Origin: Patescibacteria group bacterium
GTDB lineage: Bacteria > Patescibacteriota > Minisyncoccia > UBA6257 > 1-14-0-10-40-38
DNA: 64,000 bases
NCBI GenBank assembly: GCA_038064975.1
Contig: JBBTRX010000002.1
Span: 128,880 to 192,879, forward strand
Direction: 5' to 3'
Below, one piece after another: positions 59,001-64,000 of the stretch (position 1 is the first letter of the stretch; each line of letters opens with the position of its first letter). Under the pieces are notes generated by a model, which saw only the letters and a program-made list of their open reading frames with translations, was not told the DNA's origin and made no database searches. Both the position numbers and the translations under genes were made by a program.

Positions 59001-62000
59001 AAAAATTCTTTTTTAGTTGGATTGCCCACTGATACTTCGCCAAACGATAAATCGTCGTATGTTATCTTTTGATCTGCAACAGTAGTATTGGCATAATCTT
59101 TAACGGTTTGTTGTGATAATAACTTTATATAATCCGTACTACTTTCTGCATAATCATAGTCGGTGGTACGAACATCATCCCCTATGTCGCTAAAGGTTAA
59201 TGGATCAGATGCGGTTACTTCACCCCATTCTTTTTCTTGAGTAAGATTTCCTGTTGTAGTTGCAAATGAAAAAGTTTTTGCCACGTCTCTATGCGTTCCA
59301 TTCCCGTCATAAGTCTCTGTGATAATTTGCGATGGATATACTAAAAAAGCAGTGTCAATGGAAGTTGTTGCTGCATTCCATTTCGTAGTTGTTCGTGTCA
59401 TCAAATTTCCATTTGAATCCAAGCGATCTATGCGATAAGCTTTTCCGATTTTTGCATGATGATCTAAATCTTCATACAACGTTGTACTCGCGGTGTCACC
59501 TTGATGGAAATAGGTTATCTCCTCAGTTCCATCTGGTTTGATCTTGGTAACGGTTTCAAAACCTGCAAACCTGCGATCGAAAGAGTCTTTGAAGAAATAA
59601 TGTCCACCTGCATAACTATATGTTGTTGTACTGACCGTACCCGTCACTGAGTCTGTCTCTCCCACCGCTTGAATTGTCTGAGTAGTAAAGGGAAGTTCTG
59701 GATTTAAGAGATTACCCCCTGCGTCTTTGTATTGAGATGAAGCCTCATATGAGGTTGTTATGACGCCACCCGTAGGAAGAGTAATTTTTGAAAGTAAGTC
59801 TGGGGTGTTGCCAGTATTGAAGAAAATATCAGCAACACAATCAGGATTGCAAACGCTGTGAATAATATCTAGAAGTCCATCGCCATTAATATCACCAACC
59901 TGGCGAACAATAGTATCGCTTGATATTCCAACTTGTAAATCTCCTGCATTAAGATAGTGATCCCATCGATGAAGAAATATTTTACCAATACTTGAAAACA
60001 TATCGGGAAGATCATCGCCGTTCATATCAGCAATAAACGTTCCCGTGGGTCCGGTTGTAAAATCTTCAAACATATTCGAATCCCCTGATCGTAAATTTGT
60101 AAACCCTGAATCATATGTGAAGCCAGTAGAAGAAGTCACTACTGAAGACGTTGCTCCTTGGTTGATATATATTTTTGCATCATATGAACCACCAAATGTT
60201 TTAAGCGCCCTAAAAATATCAGTCAATCCATCGTGGTTCATATCAACTGCACGAATACCAAGTTGATCCGGTACTTCAGATGGCATCGTAAAGAAAGAAA
60301 AATCGATTCCATTATTTCGATCTATTTCAAATGGGAGAGGACCAATAGTACGAAGTCGATCGAAAAGTCCATCGCCATTTATATCTCCTACCATGGGACG
60401 ATCAAGACTATCAGGATCAAGCTTCGGCACAGCACCAGTCCAGGAAGAGTCATACTGCCAATTTGTACCACTATTTATATGAACTTCTGACGTAAATGGG
60501 GGTGATACAGGGCCATAGACGTAATCACTTTCTGCATCACCATTAATATCCGCAACAATCGTACCATCTGCGTTACAAAAACTTCCTGCATCCAATCGCG
60601 TGCAAATTCGAATAAGCACAACACCACCTTGTTTGTGTGGTATTTGCCAACTTGTGGATGTAGCAAATGTATTATCGTGTTGATTAATCCAAACATATTC
60701 TTTGTCAATGGTTGATGGATTCTCAATACGAGTTGATTGCAAGACATCAGCATAACCATCACCATCTACATCGGTAACAATGACGCCATTAGTATAATCA
60801 AGACTTCTAATCGTTATATCTGCTGTGCTTGAAGCAAACGAGAAATTACTCGAGGTATATTGAAAATTTGTAGTAAGTTCAATAAGAGTTCCAAAAGGAT
60901 CGCCCTGATCTCGGATAGAACTGACACGTGAACGCCCTGTAAGAGAATTGTCATCGTAAGTAACGACATAGCGTCGCACTAAAACACCATTTTCTCTAAT
61001 ATCGATATTATTTAAGCGGTTCCTTGTTTCAACTTTAAATCCAGCAAAATAAGACTTTTGATCATCCTGTCTTCCAACCCAACCAAAACTGATTGAAAAG
61101 ATTGGAGTAGTGGTTGCTGGAGCGTCTGTGTACGCATATTCAATTTTAGATGGATATATTTGACCTTGATTAGCGGTATAGGTATATAAAATCTCATTAC
61201 CGTTTGCGTCTTTTATTCGATCAAGCATCCATTTGTATCCGGTTGAAGTTGCGTAGGGAGAAGCAATGCGCGTAGTTGAAGCACTCCCAAAAAAATACAT
61301 TACACCATCCTTAGTCTCGACCTTCCAATGATCATCTTCCGTTGAAGAAGTGGTGTATGTATATTTATTAAAAGCACCAGTATCTGTTTTTGCTATGAAT
61401 TGATCATTTGAAATATACGCGAGAGATCCATCAAGAGATGATAAGAAACTCTCGTATGGAGTATCATACATTCGTTCGTTTCCATATTTATTCTCACGAA
61501 TAATATAAGGAACATCGAGATTCCATCCATATCCAATATAGGTACCATCTGAACGATCCTGTGAGTTATATACTATCGCAAGATCAGGAGTAAAATCATT
61601 GCGACCAGGAGGTAGTTGAATTGGATAGCGGTATACATATGCGCCCGAAGAAAGATTAGCCTGTGGTTTTATTTGCCGTATTGTGTTTATGGGCTGAACC
61701 GTTGAGTATGGAATGTCTGAGGCAGATTTTGTAGTCCCGCGACTATCTCCCGAATTACTACTTCCGCCAGAAGACCTTTCTTCAACGCTTGGCATTGCCG
61801 CAGTTCGAGAAGAAACGTTTGCCACATTGCCGGATATATCTGAATCAGTACTAATCGTATCTGTAGTATTACTATTATCTAAAGACGGCACATCAATAGA
61901 AAACGCCGATTTTTGAATCGGCGCCTGTATTACTTCGGGAGATGCATCAATAATTTGACCAAATATCTGAGAAGGAAAAACCAAAGAAAAAGCGGTTATT

Positions 62001-62065
62001 CCTACGAGGAAGGAGGTACTTATTCTACTCATCCGTTTATTTAACCTCTTCATATTTTTCTTCAT
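56042..62065 (-). CDS. RHS/YD-repeat polymorphic toxin (SpvB-like + FG-GAP + RHS core + 160-aa CT)
   Basis: Signal peptide; LPPGRN..TP.L...YNS, GYGW.L; DxNGDG repeats; YD repeats; YTGHEYD, ARY, GRFLSEDP, NNPINLIDPDG. Confidence 0.92.
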   Translation of the reverse strand: MKKNMKRLNKRMSRISTSFLVGITAFSLVFPSQIFGQIIDASPEVIQAPIQKSAFSIDVPSLDNSNTTDTISTDSDISGNVANVSSRTAAMPSVEERSSGGSSNSGDSRGTTKSASDIPYSTVQPINTIRQIKPQANLSSGAYVYRYPIQLPPGRNDFTPDLAIVYNSQDRSDGTYIGYGWNLDVPYIIRENKYGNERMYDTPYESFLSSLDGSLAYISNDQFIAKTDTGAFNKYTYTTSSTEDDHWKVETKDGVMYFFGSASTTRIASPYATSTGYKWMLDRIKDANGNEILYTYTANQGQIYPSKIEYAYTDAPATTTPIFSISFGWVGRQDDQKSYFAGFKVETRNRLNNIDIRENGVLVRRYVVTYDDNSLTGRSRVSSIRDQGDPFGTLIELTTNFQYTSSNFSFASSTADITIRSLDYTNGVIVTDVDGDGYADVLQSTRIENPSTIDKEYVWINQHDNTFATSTSWQIPHKQGGVVLIRICTRLDAGSFCNADGTIVADINGDAESDYVYGPVSPPFTSEVHINSGTNWQYDSSWTGAVPKLDPDSLDRPMVGDINGDGLFDRLRTIGPLPFEIDRNNGIDFSFFTMPSEVPDQLGIRAVDMNHDGLTDIFRALKTFGGSYDAKIYINQGATSSVVTSSTGFTYDSGFTNLRSGDSNMFEDFTTGPTGTFIADMNGDDLPDMFSSIGKIFLHRWDHYLNAGDLQVGISSDTIVRQVGDINGDGLLDIIHSVCNPDCVADIFFNTGNTPDLLSKITLPTGGVITTSYEASSQYKDAGGNLLNPELPFTTQTIQAVGETDSVTGTVSTTTYSYAGGHYFFKDSFDRRFAGFETVTKIKPDGTEEITYFHQGDTASTTLYEDLDHHAKIGKAYRIDRLDSNGNLMTRTTTKWNAATTSIDTAFLVYPSQIITETYDGNGTHRDVAKTFSFATTTGNLTQEKEWGEVTASDPLTFSDIGDDVRTTDYDYAESSTDYIKLLSQQTVKDYANTTVADQKITYDDLSFGEVSVGNPTKKEFLIEGTTYASTTHVYNSFGLMLSDRDPNYNETTYVYDSLNLYPETTTNALGHETERLYDYSSGQPTQTITPNGEIYETVYDSLDRIKTQKSPDPLTGALVTIKTITYTDTANQYAVQETNNLLPALSTDIKTYFDGFGRAIQTRSRAEDNGGTIYAVQDTVYDEQGRVEKESLPYFSSGVNKTSATTTASLYASYTYDALDRVVNVDQVFGDTATTYDNWYATTTDSNNNKKVFSRDAFGRLNRVDEYATTSPYVTRYEYDTLGNLIKIIDAEGNVRNFEYDMLGRRTFAEDMHELSDIYFGTTTYAYDFAGNLTEKKKPDFSTVTYAYDTLNRITSENASLTSGLEAEYTYDACSQGVGRLCIATTTTITAGKMVLNNRYDYAGNIGKETKIIDGNVYLTDYTYDYLGNPLTIKNPNDALITYEYNNAGHPEAVYWKESGVATTTIVSDFDYAPTGDVTFQTNANGTTIENAYDENELYRLKRKIIDDGSNTLQQFLYTYDAVGNITKIAVFSDTATLPNRVTDYEYDSLYRLASSTVNASSTNIFSEIFTYTPVGNILTSPEGVYWYQGTTTANFANPHAATRVGAETLTYDKNGNLVNRTGNLTHTWDWNNRLVKIKLPSQQTGGFSSQSFGGPGQQTKYATYGYDTSGQRVYSHVTNLATTTYPSIYFNEEGSATTTEHIFVNGIPVATVVIGTGDPTILWNSSDHLRSTSLVTDDSANITEEVGYTAFGSLKNDVGTTIEKRKYTGHEYDADALDYTYAKARYLNTNWGRFLSEDPSYLAIGDINFEDRYGQSLESVLSDPQSLNSYSYVKNNPINLIDPDGEIAIPFALPVFFVAPQAFLIGVAVVGVGALVVGTAALLRNNDGLSQRPFEQSRLVRGPEQAKIFNNEPPKFDPKWPLWKIIGAVCSVACPAIAQQIEDYKKFNEGIQNFKEGTQTPQGNAQNNTNQQNIMMNGDYTTKLYTTPSGAVIDWWGNIISGPKN

Positions 62066-62174
62066 TATCGCAAACCCAATTCCCCTCTGTCAATTAAGAT
62101 TGTCAATCCTCAAAACAATAAAGAGTGTTAAGGGTATGGTGAAATAATCCTTTATTCTAAATTAAGTCATAGGT

Positions 62175-62270
62175 TTAGCGGAGAATAGATACATGTGGAA
62201 CTTCAAGAAAATTCAAATCCTCGCTTATTTTCTTCCAATCTACGGTTCTAAACACATCCAGTAAGGCACC
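62175..62270 (-). other. Detached recombinase C-terminal coding segment at right junction
   Basis: Reads GALLDVFRTVDWKKISEDLNFLEVPHVSILR*, in frame with the ...HKWGA end of the recombinase when the cores are joined. Confidence 0.8.
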
Positions 62271-62273
62271 CAC

Positions 62274-62316
62274 AGAAATAAAAACGACCTGGTTTATCCC
62301 GGTCATTTTTATTTCT
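62274..62316. terminator. Terminator-like hairpin, probably the displaced tRNA-His 3' flank
   Basis: AGAAATAAAAACGACC...GGTCATTTTTATTTCT directly after the right att core. Confidence 0.6.
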
Positions 62317-62328
62317 ATAGAGATGCTT

Positions 62329-62419
62329 AATGGCGTGTCGGATCGCGGGCCGCAGACCCCGAAGAGGGGTCGAAGGTTTCGAGGTCAGTAGGCCGAGAGG
62401 CGATTCCCATCAGGCACCC
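62329..62419 (+). repeat. Probable tRNA-His tail element
   Basis: GC-rich hairpins ending in CGATTCCCATCAGGCACCC identical to tRNA-His 44609-44627. Confidence 0.7.
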
Positions 62420-62444
62420 AATAAACAACCCCCTACCTATATGG

Positions 62445-62765
62445 TTAGGGGGTTTTAATTTTGTCGTGGCAATACTCACGGAGACTTCCATAGGTTCTGA
62501 TTTCTTTCGGAATCATGATACGGAGCTCACAGAGGGCGCAGACAATAATGTCGTAAGGAGCAATGGTGACGGTGTGGCGAAAAATGAGGGCGCTATAAGG
62601 CTTCTTTTCGTTTGGACAGTTTTCATGAACCCCTAGCGGATTCTTGAGATCGGCGTAGTCATTGAGTAACGGTCCCTGCATTTCGTCGTTGCGACTAAAT
62701 ATTCTTCGTTCTTGGGGCGGCACAAGCATATCGCCCCATGCAGTTAGCATGATGGGTGTGAACAT
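62445..62765 (-). CDS. Small hypothetical protein with CxxC
   Basis: ATG start, TTGCAA...TACAGT upstream, hairpin at stop. Confidence 0.6.
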   Translation of the reverse strand: MFTPIMLTAWGDMLVPPQERRIFSRNDEMQGPLLNDYADLKNPLGVHENCPNEKKPYSALIFRHTVTIAPYDIIVCALCELRIMIPKEIRTYGSLREYCHDKIKTP

Positions 62766-63060
62766 GGCTCGGCCCTTTCTCTAGTTATCTTGGGAATGAA
62801 CACGGCTCTTACTGTATGCCTAGGAGGGGTGTTTTGCAAATACTCATATAAAAAAAGAACCGACGCTGCGGGTGGCAGCGTCGTTGATTGGTTGAAGGTC
62901 TCTCGCGTAAGCTTGAGCCTTAGTGATGGGGTTGGAACATATCGTTCCTACGTAGTTCCCTCGCGTGGCGAAGGGAGTTGGGTAAAGGTATTTAGTTGGG
63001 AAACAACTAACCTTAGTATCGGGAATATTCGCCGAACCGTCAACTCAAGTTATCCACACT

Positions 63061-63960
63061 CTAGAAGAACGGGATAATTTCCTTAATATCAAAATCTTTT
63101 TCCCCATTTACTTGTACCTCACACACACCGTTTACTTCTTCTCCCGTAGAGTCAGTAACCATAACATCGGCGGTTTTTGTTCCTATAGAGTTATATTCCG
63201 TATTTATTGACGGTCCAGAACCACTATTAGGAGAACCACCGCCAAGAGAATTCCATATATATGTATATGGCTGAACGCCGTTGCTCGCAAACGCAGTCCA
63301 TGCGACGGATGCTAATCCGTTTGAGAGTGTTACAGGGTTTGGAGATCCTGAACAGGTAAGGGTAAGTCCTGGGGGAGGAATGTTGCCAAGAGAAACAATG
63401 CCAAGAGGGGGATTTGTGGAAGCGTCATTGCCAAAAGATATCCATCCTAATTCGTTTGACCACGCATGTCCTTGAAATCGGTTATCAAAAGGAGAGATTT
63501 GATTCGCATCAGTCACAAGCGTTACCCCATAAGGAGTTAAATCTCCTGCATTACCCTTTAGTTTTATCCATCCGTCCCATCCTCCAGAATTACCAACGGT
63601 TTTTGCATCAGCAATGCTCATAATACGAGCCCATCCTCTGAGATTATCTCCATTGCGTATCGCTCCCGTATTGGGCGGTGCAGGATAGGGACCTGTCGGA
63701 TTAAAATCAATCCAGCCAAGATTAGATGACCATGCGTATCCTGTCACAGGTCCATCGCTTGTTGGAATAGTAACGCCATATTCAATGGATGAGCCGGTAG
63801 GATTGTTGCTCGTAAGACTTATCCATCCAACACCTGTTGCTGTTTCAAGGCTGGGGCCTCCTTGTAGATCGTTTGTGCTTCCTCCCCAGAGCCAATGAAG
63901 GGTATTAGAGTGAGTACCATAAGCAACGGATATGGCGCTAAAAAATAGTAGTAGCATCAC
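63061..63960 (-). CDS. Exported protein with G.AW....GWI repeats and C-terminal PKD/Ig-like domain (start may lie further upstream)
   Basis: GYAWSSNLGWIDF, GWDGWI, GHAWSNELGWISF; PYTY.W...Y...G.KTA.V.VTDS. Confidence 0.8.
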   Translation of the reverse strand: MMLLLFFSAISVAYGTHSNTLHWLWGGSTNDLQGGPSLETATGVGWISLTSNNPTGSSIEYGVTIPTSDGPVTGYAWSSNLGWIDFNPTGPYPAPPNTGAIRNGDNLRGWARIMSIADAKTVGNSGGWDGWIKLKGNAGDLTPYGVTLVTDANQISPFDNRFQGHAWSNELGWISFGNDASTNPPLGIVSLGNIPPPGLTLTCSGSPNPVTLSNGLASVAWTAFASNGVQPYTYIWNSLGGGSPNSGSGPSINTEYNSIGTKTADVMVTDSTGEEVNGVCEVQVNGEKDFDIKEIIPFF

Positions 63961-64000
63961 GAGTTGAACGATTCTTCTCCCGCTATGTCTTAAGAGAAAT

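Larger units (their letters stand above)
44620..62271. mobile_element. ~17.6-kb integrative island in tRNA-His 3' end
   Basis: AGGCACCC core at 44620-44627 and 62264-62271; recombinase at left border; AT-rich cargo, all intact genes on minus strand. Confidence 0.85.

Noticed and set aside
44618-62271. Prophage
   Set aside because: No terminase, capsid, portal or tail genes.
62401-62419. 19-bp tRNA-His duplicate as the island attR
   Set aside because: Possible but less favoured: the junction at 62264-62271 restores the recombinase frame and is followed by a terminator-like flank; the 19-mer fits the tRNA-tail pattern.

Overview
Chromosomal window of a Patescibacteria/CPR bacterium (Parcubacteria-like gene content, TGA used as stop) spanning the replication origin (jag-yidC-rnpA-rpmH <> dnaA-dnaN). 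The left part has housekeeping genes (murE-like, ruvA, LysM-M23, uvrD/pcrA, rsmA), several ORFan cassettes and a CPR-type VirB2/3/4/6 secretion operon. The middle has PBP1A, ruvC, yebC, pilB, ruvB, tsaE, tig, clpP, tyrS, a folB-2OG-Fe(II) fusion with folK behind a candidate attenuator, nrdJ and five tRNAs. The right part is a ~17.6 kb island in tRNA-His carrying a large serine recombinase, type III R-M, Rep/SpoVG-like genes and a 2007-aa RHS toxin with small membrane-protein cassettes. Most striking: (1) the recombinase gene appears split by its own att site, with the missing C-terminus in frame at the far island end and again internally; (2) tRNA-Pro, -Arg and probably -His carry 3' 'tail' elements ending in a copy of their own 3' end, while tRNA-Phe has a GIY-YIG gene inserted behind a duplicated, palindrome-interrupted 5' end; (3) the RHS cassette array is bracketed by repeats of the extreme C-terminal tail. 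All calls come from reading the sequence by eye; no searches were run.
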